A DNA stretch of 41,310 bases from assembly GCA_046706605.1 (NCBI GenBank), contig JBJKPJ010000359.1:1-41310 (forward strand). Direction: 5' to 3'. The notes under the pieces were generated by a model, which ran no database searches, had not been told where the DNA came from, and was given only the letters and a program-made list of their open reading frames with translations. Each line of letters begins with the position of its first letter. Within the stretch, counting starts at the first letter, position 1. The position numbers were made by a program, and so were the translations under genes. The stretch comes from Candidatus Bathyarchaeia archaeon. GTDB taxonomy: Archaea > Thermoproteota > Bathyarchaeia > Bathyarchaeales > Bathycorpusculaceae. Shown piece after piece: positions 8,417-17,013 of the stretch.

Positions 8417-11293
8417 TTATTTAAACCGTTTGCTCAAAGCCTTCCGCTCAGCTTCCAAAACCAACTCATAAAACTTATCAGAAAGCTTGTCTTCTTTCTC
8501 CAAAACTACTACAACCTCCGAAGCCCAAACCCTGCGGGCACTCAACGCAACCGCCGCGACTTTCCCATATTTTTCAATTAACTCAGCAGTTTGCTTAGCG
8601 TGCGAACGCATTTTTTCCTCGTTTTTAGCTAATTTTTCGCCATGTTTTTCTACCAGCGGCAGGGCTTTTTCTTCTTCAACTTTAAGCATACCAAGCGCAA
8701 ATGACCCACAATGTGGACATTTAGGTTTGTCTGGAAGGTCTTTGATGCGTATCATCTCCATGTAATTCCAGCAATGGGTGCAAACAAAGTTGCCTGTCTC
8801 GTTCAGCAACCTTGCCTTGGCGGATTCTACAAGCACAGCGCGCATCTGTTCAGGCGGAATGAGGTCAGTTTTCATGCTAACCCGCTCAATTCCCACCCTA
8901 GCCACAGGCGTCGCGTTGCCACCTGTCTCAACTACCTGCCACCGAACCTGGCCATCACGCAAACGCCCAAGCACCATCACCAACCCGTCGGCGTCTAAAT
9001 CCTTGGAGAAAACCTCCTTGAGCCCCTCATCATAAATGGGGGTGCCTTCAAAACTGGTTATCAGCTTTTGCATGCTAACGTTACTAAAATCAGCCCACTT
9101 CTTTAATGCACCAAACCGCCGAGCCACCTGAATCACACGGCGCTTAAACAACCCAGTCTTTACCGTGGACAGCATCAACGTGTTTCTAATTGCTTGTTCG
9201 CTGAAGGTCTGGATTTCTTTTAGAACTTCAACCAGCCACTCAGCACTCATAAAACTCATGGTTTGCACAAAAATGCGGTAGGGGTCATGCTGCACCACAA
9301 TTCCTCGACCCAGCTTATCCGAAAGCACTCGCCCTAAGAACTGAGCCAGCGCTCTGTTAGTTAACGAACCAAAATTGGAGTGCACAATGACAAATTCTCC
9401 CCAATTTTCCACCACAATCCGCTCTGGAGTAGGCACTGGAAAACCGCTCTGAACCTGCTCCACCGTTTCTGCCAACGCATGCAGGATTGTTTCTTTATCT
9501 GCGCAGTAACGTTCCTTTAGCATCGTTGCGATTTGCAAGGGAGATGCGCCGCGTTGGTTTTGTTGTTCGACAAAGCCGCGAATTTTCGCCACTTCCTGTG
9601 TTACCTCGTAAGGGACGGGGATTTCTTCACCGATCCAACTAGGGATTGAGCCGGTGGGGTCATCAACTGCACGAACGTAGACTTTGTCTTCAGTGGCGTG
9701 AAATATCTGCCATGGACTGCCGCGGATGATGAACTTGGTTCCCGGCTTTCCGTACTCCGCCATGAAGGCTTCGTCTAAAACGCCAATTGAAGAATCAGTT
9801 GACTCATCTATAACTAAGAACTGTTTTTCTTCAGGAATCATCGACAAATTATCAAAATAATATTCAAACAGTGCTTTGCTCCGTTGCGGTCTTAGCACCA
9901 CCTGGTCTTCAAACGATGCCCAAGCCAACCGAGGAAACCTCCCATGCATGTATTTGAGGATTTTTTCTATATCTACCAGCGTGAGGTTTTCGAACGGGGC
10001 GGCTTTGTTGCATATCTGGAGGATTTCGTTAAAGGTTAAGCGCTTGTTTTTTAGCAGTAACCCAGCGATTTGGTGAGCTAAAACATCGTAGGGTTTATCA
10101 GGAACAGACAGCGGCACCAACTCTTCAGCGAGAGCTCGTCGCGCTATGACCAAGGCTTCAAGGGTGTCATCGGAATCCATCCCGATAATTATGCCTTCAC
10201 TTAACCGTCCATAGGTGTGTCCTGCTCTGCCCACACGCTGAATCAGCCGGGAAACCTGCCGTGGACTCATGTACTGAATAACCAAATCTACATGACCAAC
10301 ATCAATGCCCAACTCTAGGCTGCTAGTTGCTATTAATCCTTTGAGGGCGCCTTGTTTGAGCCCCGTTTCAGCAGCAATACGCGAAGGCTTAGCTAAGGAG
10401 CCATGATGGATTGAAATTGGGAAATCGACATCCCAAACCTTAAATCGGGAAGCTAGAACCTCTGAAACAGAACGAGTGTTAGTGAACAAAAGCACTGACT
10501 TGCGTTTGCCCATGTAATCGCGGATAATCCGTAACCGCGCTGCCACTTCGGGGTGGGTGTAAATTTTGGAGGCTAACTGCACATCTTGTTCGTTTGGCTT
10601 CGGATAAAGCACCTGTAGCCGCACCATTTTGGCAACTGGAACCCGAACAATTTCAACTGGGCGCTTATCGCCAACAAGAAACTGGGCTACTTTCTCTGGG
10701 CTGCCAACTGTTGCTGATAACCCAACCATCTGGAAATCTTTACCAATTAAGTCTCTTACGCGCTCCAGCGCCAAGGAAAGTTGGCTGCCCCGTTTGCTGT
10801 CTGCCAGTTCATGCACTTCATCCACAACAACCCACCGCAGGCTTTGCAGGTGCTGTCGCAGCAGCCAGCCTGTGAGTATGGCTTGTAGGGTTTCTGGTGT
10901 AGTTATCAGGATGTCGGGTGGGCATCGAGATTGTCGGGTGCGTTCTTTTGTTTCAGTGTCACCATGCCTAACAGCTAGCTTTATGTCTAAGTTGTTGCAC
11001 CACCACTGCAAGCGATCAAGTAAATCACGATTCAGCGCTCTAAGCGGCGTAATGTAGAGGACTTTTATGCCGGGGGTTTTGGGTTGCTGCATCAGTAGGC
11101 TTAGGATAGGAAGGAAAGCGGCTTCGGTTTTGCCTGTTGCGGTTGGTGAGATGAGGAGTATGTTTTTTCCGTCGAGGATTTTGGGGATGGTTTTTTCTTG
11201 AGGTTCAGTGGGTTTTTGGAATCCCTTCTGTTCAATGAGTCGCCGAAGGGGCTTTACGAGCATTTCAAAAGCGTTTTCAGAAGCATCTGACAA
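8417..11293 (-). CDS. lhr: Lhr-family SF2 helicase with C-terminal Zn finger
   Basis: SPTATGKT, YITPLRALNRD, DEVH, GLSAT, HHGSL, SLELGID, QRVGRAGH; C-terminal CTHC...CPHC. Confidence 0.93.
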   Translation of the reverse strand: MSDASENAFEMLVKPLRRLIEQKGFQKPTEPQEKTIPKILDGKNILLISPTATGKTEAAFLPILSLLMQQPKTPGIKVLYITPLRALNRDLLDRLQWWCNNLDIKLAVRHGDTETKERTRQSRCPPDILITTPETLQAILTGWLLRQHLQSLRWVVVDEVHELADSKRGSQLSLALERVRDLIGKDFQMVGLSATVGSPEKVAQFLVGDKRPVEIVRVPVAKMVRLQVLYPKPNEQDVQLASKIYTHPEVAARLRIIRDYMGKRKSVLLFTNTRSVSEVLASRFKVWDVDFPISIHHGSLAKPSRIAAETGLKQGALKGLIATSSLELGIDVGHVDLVIQYMSPRQVSRLIQRVGRAGHTYGRLSEGIIIGMDSDDTLEALVIARRALAEELVPLSVPDKPYDVLAHQIAGLLLKNKRLTFNEILQICNKAAPFENLTLVDIEKILKYMHGRFPRLAWASFEDQVVLRPQRSKALFEYYFDNLSMIPEEKQFLVIDESTDSSIGVLDEAFMAEYGKPGTKFIIRGSPWQIFHATEDKVYVRAVDDPTGSIPSWIGEEIPVPYEVTQEVAKIRGFVEQQNQRGASPLQIATMLKERYCADKETILHALAETVEQVQSGFPVPTPERIVVENWGEFVIVHSNFGSLTNRALAQFLGRVLSDKLGRGIVVQHDPYRIFVQTMSFMSAEWLVEVLKEIQTFSEQAIRNTLMLSTVKTGLFKRRVIQVARRFGALKKWADFSNVSMQKLITSFEGTPIYDEGLKEVFSKDLDADGLVMVLGRLRDGQVRWQVVETGGNATPVARVGIERVSMKTDLIPPEQMRAVLVESAKARLLNETGNFVCTHCWNYMEMIRIKDLPDKPKCPHCGSFALGMLKVEEEKALPLVEKHGEKLAKNEEKMRSHAKQTAELIEKYGKVAAVALSARRVWASEVVVVLEKEDKLSDKFYELVLEAERKALSKRFK

Positions 11294-11578
11294 TCGTGGG
11301 TGAACCTCGACTTAATGGATAAGCTTGGGTTGGGTATAAAAAATGTTTTGAAGGTTTTTATTGTTTATCGAGTGTTCTGTGTTTTGTTTAGGTTTATTGG
11401 TATGTTTTAGTTGAATATCTTTTGGTTTAGTGGTTGCTTTCTACATTTCTTTTAGTATGCATTGACAAAAATATGTTTAAACTCCATGTAGAAATGCAAA
11501 ATATCTATTGATAAGCTACGGAAACTTTTTTATCTTATTAGTATAAACCATGGAAATGAAGTACGGAGGAAAAAAATA

Positions 11579-11749
11579 ATGGCTAAATGTCCAAAATGTG
11601 GAACCGATGTATCAAAGCCAAAGAAAACATGGAAAATGGCTGGACGTCCAGATAAAGCTGGAAAACGAATGCAACTTGAAATAGGACTCTACGAATGCCC
11701 AAAATGCGGCAACGTATTCCGCGAAGTACTAAGTAAACAGAAAATCTAA
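11579..11749 (+). CDS. Cren7-like small basic chromatin protein with Zn-ribbon cysteines
   Basis: 56 aa, below the ORF track cutoff: MAKCPKCGTDVSKPKKTWKMAGRPDKAGKRMQLEIGLYECPKCGNVFREVLSKQKI. GGAGG SD upstream. The W...IGLY...FR pattern matches Cren7. Confidence 0.8.
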   Translation: MAKCPKCGTDVSKPKKTWKMAGRPDKAGKRMQLEIGLYECPKCGNVFREVLSKQKI

Positions 11750-11754
11750 ACAAA

Positions 11755-11811
11755 AGTGCAACAACAGAACAGCACCGCTTTGCTGTATTGCACTCTCCAT
11801 TTTTCTTTTTT
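11755..11811 (+). terminator. Hairpin plus U-tract after the Cren7-like gene
   Basis: AGTGCAA (11755-61) pairs with TTGCACT (11788-94), inner ACAGCA/TGCTGT, then TTTTTCTTTTTT. Confidence 0.55.
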
Positions 11812-11882
11812 GAAAAGAGCGGTAGTTTTAAAACCAAGCAACCATATTGAACTGAATATTCAGATGTCGGCGATGGCGAACC

Positions 11883-12539
11883 TTGGTCAACCTCAAAGCA
11901 TTCTGGAAAAATGACATTTACAAAACAGCAATCGCCGTCATTTTAATCATGGCAATCATCGCTGGATTTTTCTTAGGGCTTCAAATGGTGCTTGGAGCTG
12001 CAGTCCCTATAAGAGTTGTTGAAAGCGGAAGCATGTGTGTCCAGTACGATGGAGCCTGTGATGGGTGGAGCCACCCCTTTGACCACACACTGCATGTTGG
12101 TGATATAATCATCATCCAAAAAGTCAACCCAGCTGATTTAAATGCAAACTACCCTAATAGCGACATTATCGTCTACAAAAATCCCTACGGAGCTACACCA
12201 ATAGTTCACCGAATCGTGGAAAAACAAGAAATCAACGGAACACTATACTTCAAAACAAAAGGCGATGGCAACGGACCAGAACCTTGGCCTGCAATACCAA
12301 CCAGTTACGACAACATCCCAGACTCAAATGGTGTGCCACAGAATTTGATTGAAGGAAAAGTCATTTTTCGTATTCCGTGGTTTGGGTGGATTACTCTTTT
12401 CATGCGTGGAAACAACTGGGCGATACCGTTGATCATTGGGCTTATCATGCTGCTTGTTGTAATCGATTTTGTCTTGCCAATCATCAAAAAAAGACAAAAA
12501 GCAGCTGCTCAACAAAAAGATAAAGTCAGTTCAGTATAG
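11883..12539 (+). CDS. Signal peptidase I (archaeal Sec11/SipW type, S26B)
   Basis: N- and C-terminal TM helices, VVESGSM catalytic Ser, PIVHR His, KTKGDGN. Confidence 0.92.
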   Translation: MVNLKAFWKNDIYKTAIAVILIMAIIAGFFLGLQMVLGAAVPIRVVESGSMCVQYDGACDGWSHPFDHTLHVGDIIIIQKVNPADLNANYPNSDIIVYKNPYGATPIVHRIVEKQEINGTLYFKTKGDGNGPEPWPAIPTSYDNIPDSNGVPQNLIEGKVIFRIPWFGWITLFMRGNNWAIPLIIGLIMLLVVIDFVLPIIKKRQKAAAQQKDKVSSV

Positions 12540-12602
12540 ATGTATTTATAAGGAAAACATGGTAAATGAAGTTCAAGGGCCTTTTAACAAGAGGAGAACG
12601 TA

Positions 12603-13163
12603 TTGCCAAAAGTTAAAGCCACCATAAGCATTGAAAATGTTGTTGCTTCTGCAACCCTAAACCAAAAAGTCGATTTAAACTCTGTTGTTAAAGGTTACCC
12701 TGGAGTAGAATACCGACCAGAACAGTTTCCCGGCTTAGTATTCCGCCTCAAACGCCCAAAAACGGCCACCTTAATTTTCAGCTCAGGAAAAATGGTTTGC
12801 ACAGGCGCAAAATCTGAAACTGAAGCTCGGCGTGCAGTCATGAAAGTGGTTAAAGAACTAAAAAAAGGCGGCATAATAATCATCGGCAAACCAGAACTGA
12901 AAATTCAAAACATTGTTGCTTCTGGCGGTTTAGGAGGAATGATTGACTTGGAAAAAGCCGCATACACGCTGGATCATGCCATGTATGAGCCTGAACAGTT
13001 TCCCGGCTTAATTTATCGAATGGCAGAACCCAAAGTTGTGGTTCTACTGTTTGCCAGCGGCAAACTTGTCTGCACAGGAGCAAAAAAAGAGCCAGATGTT
13101 TATGTGGCAGTCGAGAAACTACACAATATGCTGGAAGACTTAAGCCTAATCTATTATGAATAA
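12603..13163 (+). CDS. tbp: TATA-box-binding protein
   Basis: Two repeats: ENVVAS...YRPEQFPGLVFR...LIFSSGKMVCTGAK and QNIVAS...YEPEQFPGLIYR...LLFASGKLVCTGAK. Confidence 0.98.
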   Translation: MPKVKATISIENVVASATLNQKVDLNSVVKGYPGVEYRPEQFPGLVFRLKRPKTATLIFSSGKMVCTGAKSETEARRAVMKVVKELKKGGIIIIGKPELKIQNIVASGGLGGMIDLEKAAYTLDHAMYEPEQFPGLIYRMAEPKVVVLLFASGKLVCTGAKKEPDVYVAVEKLHNMLEDLSLIYYE

Positions 13164-13164
13164 C

Positions 13165-13791
13165 CTACTGCTTTTTTACTTGTTTTAGGATGGTTTTTAG
13201 ATTTTCAATGTCGATTGCGCCTATTTCAAAGAGCGTGTTAGCTATTTCACTCATGTTCAGAAGCGAGTGAATTTTGATACCGCTGTTCTCCAAAAGCTGC
13301 CTTCCCCCTTCTTGGCGGTCAAGAAACACCAAAGCTTCCGAAACAACACCACCTTCCGCTCTGACAGCAGCTGCAGCTTTTTTTAGCGACAAACCAGTAG
13401 TAAGTAAATCGTCAACAAGCAAAACTCTATCGCCTGAAACCAAAACGCCCTCCACACGGCGTTCTCTTCCATGCCGCTTTACGCCTTTACGCATATAAAG
13501 GAAGGGTTTTTTGAGGTTGTAGGCAATTTGAGAAGCAAACGGAATCCCAGCTAAGGGTATTCCTGCGATGCGGTCAAAGTTTTTCAACCCAATTTCGTTG
13601 GTTATGGCTTGGGCGTAGAATTCCACGATTTGGCGAAAAGCATCAGGGAAACTTGGAATGACACGTAAATCAATGTAGTAGGGACTGGCTTTTCCACTGC
13701 TGAGTTTGAAGACCCCGAATTTTACTGCATCAACCTTGAAGAGGATATTTGCCATTCGCTCTTTTGTTGTTAAACTATTTTGGCTACTCAC
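13165..13791 (-). CDS. pyrE: Orotate phosphoribosyltransferase
   Basis: FGVFKLSSGKASPYYIDLR and the PRPP motif VLLVDDLLTTG. Confidence 0.93.
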   Translation of the reverse strand: MSSQNSLTTKERMANILFKVDAVKFGVFKLSSGKASPYYIDLRVIPSFPDAFRQIVEFYAQAITNEIGLKNFDRIAGIPLAGIPFASQIAYNLKKPFLYMRKGVKRHGRERRVEGVLVSGDRVLLVDDLLTTGLSLKKAAAAVRAEGGVVSEALVFLDRQEGGRQLLENSGIKIHSLLNMSEIANTLFEIGAIDIENLKTILKQVKKQ

Positions 13792-14486
13792 TAGTTTTCC
13801 TCCATTTTTGAGATTTGGTAAATTTTGTTTTGTTCAGGAACCAAGCAGGCAATTTTACGCGGACCGTTCTTGATCAACTCTGCAAACTCGTTCTGGCTTG
13901 CAGCTGTAGCGGTGTGGTATGGAACAGCGAGATGCGGCTTAGCTAAACGTGCAATCTCAAATCCCGTTTGCGCCGAAGCACCAGGAGCAATGCCGACAGT
14001 GCAGAAAACAATATCAAACAGCTCTTTCTGTCCCAACATAGCTAACTCTGGAAACGGCAAACTATCAGCAGTATGATACACCTTCACGTTGTCCTCGCTT
14101 GTTATGATGTAGGTTACGGGTGTTTTGGCTGGGTGGTTGGCTTTTTCTGCTTTTACTGTGACTTTGCCGATTTTGAATTCCATACCTGGTTGGGCTTCTC
14201 GGATTTTTTCTTTGGGAAGGGTGATTTGGAGTTTTTTGGCGGATGTTTGGTCGGCGATGATTTGGCAACTGGTTTCCCGCTGTATTTCCTCAACCAATCT
14301 TGGGTCAAGGTGGTCGTAGTGCTCATGGGTAAGCAGGATTGCATCCACGTTCTGAAGGTTTTTGGCTTTCACGTCAACGGGGTCAACGGCAAGGGTTTTT
14401 GAGGGAGTCTTAAGCAGAATGCCACTGTACTGGTTAAACCAGACAAAAAATACCGAGTTACACTCAGGGACAGTCTGTACAGACAA
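13791..14486 (-). CDS. Metallo-beta-lactamase-fold hydrolase
   Basis: LLTHEHYDHLD (HxHxDH), ANH, YHTADS, VPYH. The stop overlaps the pyrE start. Confidence 0.88.
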   Translation of the reverse strand: MSVQTVPECNSVFFVWFNQYSGILLKTPSKTLAVDPVDVKAKNLQNVDAILLTHEHYDHLDPRLVEEIQRETSCQIIADQTSAKKLQITLPKEKIREAQPGMEFKIGKVTVKAEKANHPAKTPVTYIITSEDNVKVYHTADSLPFPELAMLGQKELFDIVFCTVGIAPGASAQTGFEIARLAKPHLAVPYHTATAASQNEFAELIKNGPRKIACLVPEQNKIYQISKMEEN

Positions 14487-14975
14487 CTTGATTCCTCATA
14501 ACTAACTATGCAAGAAGCGTTTAAAAGAAGTTACGCACCTTTTTTATCTCTTCATGAGGGTGTGGCACCTGTTTTTTCTATACCAGATGAAGACAAAGCC
14601 GCTCTTACGCGTCATCTTCTAGCAGACTTTGAAGCCCAACGCCCTTGATTCAACGCTTGAAATGACGGCAGGACTGATCGTGGGCAATTCCATAACAAGT
14701 TACCACCAAAAAAACAAACCCAAAAACAAAACAAACATGATAACAAAGAATAAGCCTATGTCACTCGGGAGTAAATTGCTGTTGGCTCAATTTTCGTCAG
14801 CCGCATTAGCAAACGCACTTCTTGATTTGTAGTATGAATCCAAGATTACATATGCATATAAACCAAATAAATCTAACAATTCTATATAAAAAATGAACTG
14901 TAAACTTCAGAAATATCTAACACATACATCCCCCCACTAACCGACTCTCTAAACACCATAAACCGTAGTGAAACA

Positions 14976-16865
14976 ATGTCCAGAATAATTGAAAAAAACA
15001 CTGCTCCGGCTTTAATACATGAAACCGAACAAGAATTAATCGAATTAAAAGAATTTAACGAAAGCATAATTAACTCTATAAGCGAATCCCTTTTAGTCAT
15101 TGATCCGAAAACCTATGTAATTTTAACTGCAAACGCTGAGGCAATTAATCGCATAGGTCTTCCAGTATCAGAAATTGTAGGCAAAACTTGTTATCAGGTT
15201 ACCCATAAAAGTTCTACTCCTTGCTTGGCACCCAATGAATGTCCTTTGAGCAATCTCTTGAAGGATGGAAGCCCTAGCACAGTTGAACATGTTCATTACG
15301 ATAATCAAAACAGAGAATTCAATGAGGAAATAACTGTATCTCCCATAAAAGACAATAAAGGCAACATGTTTCGTGTTATTCATCTCTCCAAAGACATAAC
15401 AGAGGCTAAAAGATGGCAAACTGCTCTATCCAATTCTGAGGCAAAGTATCGAGCGTTGGTTGAAAATGCAAACGACGGTATTTTGCTTACCGATATGGAA
15501 GGTAATACACTTTATCGAAATCCCGCTTATTTCAAACAATTAGGTCTCCCAAATGAAGATACAGCAACCTCTGCCAAGATTCATCCAGAAGATTTACCAA
15601 TTGTCAAAAAAAGAATGAAAGAACTAATCAAGAATGGTTTCTCAAGCGTTGAATACAGGGTTAAACAATCCAACGGACCTTGGGTATACCATTATGCAAG
15701 ATCGACAATAATTAATAACGAAAAACAAGAACCCTCGGCGATTTTATCTGTAATTAGAGACACAACTGCAGAAAAACGTGCTGAGGAAGCGTTAAAACAA
15801 GCTGAAGAAAAGCACCGAACCCTACTAAACTCTGCAAATGTTATGATCCAATCCGTTGATGCATACGGAAAATTTGTTTTCGTCAACGATGAATGGAAAA
15901 GAATCTTGGGCTACACAGACGAAGAAGCAAAGGATATGACTGTTGTAAAGGTAATTCGCGCAGACCATATAGAAGCTTGTATGAATATTTTCACGAATGT
16001 CATGAAAGGTTTATCCATCAATAACATCGAGACTATTTTTGTTAAAAAAGATGGAGGCGAGCTTATCGTAAGCGGAAATGTCTGCCCCATTTTTAAAGAT
16101 GATAAATTTGTTTCAACAGTCGGATTTTTCGTAGATATTACCAAGCGCAAAGAGACCGAACAAGAACTGGTAGAGTCCAACCGAAAAATTACGATAATGA
16201 ATGAAAAATTGCGCGTAATTGGTAGCTTAACAAGACATGATGTTCGTAACAAACTCTCAGCTATTATGGCCTATACGTATCTTCTAAAGAAAAAACACAA
16301 AGACCTTTCTGATGTTATTGAAAGTCTTGAGAAAATGGAACAAGCTGTTGCTGAATCAACGAAAATTTTTGATTTTGCTAAACTCTATGAACAATTAGGT
16401 GTAGAGGGATTAACATATGTCAATGTTGAATCTAAGTTAAATGAAGCAAAATCGCTTTTCTCGGGGTCTATGCCAAATGTAATTAACCAATGTCACGGTC
16501 TTGAACTCTTGGCTGATTCGTTTCTCAGACAACTCTTCTATAATTTTATTGAAGATACACAAAAATACGGTCAAAAAACTACAACGATACGGGTTCATTT
16601 TGAAAGAAAAAACCAAGACGCGCTCAAGCTTATCTATGAAGATGACGGTGTTGGTGTCCCAATCGAAAATAAACGCTTACTCTTCAGGGAGGGTTTTAGC
16701 ACTGGTGGCAGCACGGGATATGGATTGTTTTTAATAAAGAAAATGATAGAGGTCTACGGTTGGGAAATTGAAGAAAAAGGCGAATCAGGCAAAGGCGCCA
16801 AGTTCATTATAACTATACCTAAACTTAATTCTCAAGGCAAAAAAAACTTCATCATCAAGCATTAA
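14976..16865 (+). CDS. Cytoplasmic multi-PAS histidine kinase
   Basis: About three PAS/PAC units, H-box TRHDVRN, G1 YEDDGVG, G2 GGSTGYGL. The N-box is atypical. Confidence 0.92.
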   Translation: MSRIIEKNTAPALIHETEQELIELKEFNESIINSISESLLVIDPKTYVILTANAEAINRIGLPVSEIVGKTCYQVTHKSSTPCLAPNECPLSNLLKDGSPSTVEHVHYDNQNREFNEEITVSPIKDNKGNMFRVIHLSKDITEAKRWQTALSNSEAKYRALVENANDGILLTDMEGNTLYRNPAYFKQLGLPNEDTATSAKIHPEDLPIVKKRMKELIKNGFSSVEYRVKQSNGPWVYHYARSTIINNEKQEPSAILSVIRDTTAEKRAEEALKQAEEKHRTLLNSANVMIQSVDAYGKFVFVNDEWKRILGYTDEEAKDMTVVKVIRADHIEACMNIFTNVMKGLSINNIETIFVKKDGGELIVSGNVCPIFKDDKFVSTVGFFVDITKRKETEQELVESNRKITIMNEKLRVIGSLTRHDVRNKLSAIMAYTYLLKKKHKDLSDVIESLEKMEQAVAESTKIFDFAKLYEQLGVEGLTYVNVESKLNEAKSLFSGSMPNVINQCHGLELLADSFLRQLFYNFIEDTQKYGQKTTTIRVHFERKNQDALKLIYEDDGVGVPIENKRLLFREGFSTGGSTGYGLFLIKKMIEVYGWEIEEKGESGKGAKFIITIPKLNSQGKKNFIIKH

Positions 16866-17013
16866 CTATCTCAGTGAAATTAATAGCTGGACAGACAATC
16901 ATTGATGAAAGTTTTGATTTAACTATAGTTTTATCATTAACGTTTTACTTAGAATTTCGCTTAAGATCCATTCTGCATCCAACAAAAGTATTCAAAAAGA
17001 AGTGGTAAAGCTT

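Noticed and set aside
11583-11837. 84-aa minus-strand ORF
   Set aside because: Antisense to the Cren7-like gene and its terminator; no recognisable motif.
14520-14880. Short ORFs between the MBL hydrolase and kinase 1 (e.g. 14629-14832, and a Phe-rich minus-strand stretch)
   Set aside because: No motif or clear SD, and the frames are short and stop-interrupted. A gene or pseudogene call cannot be supported.
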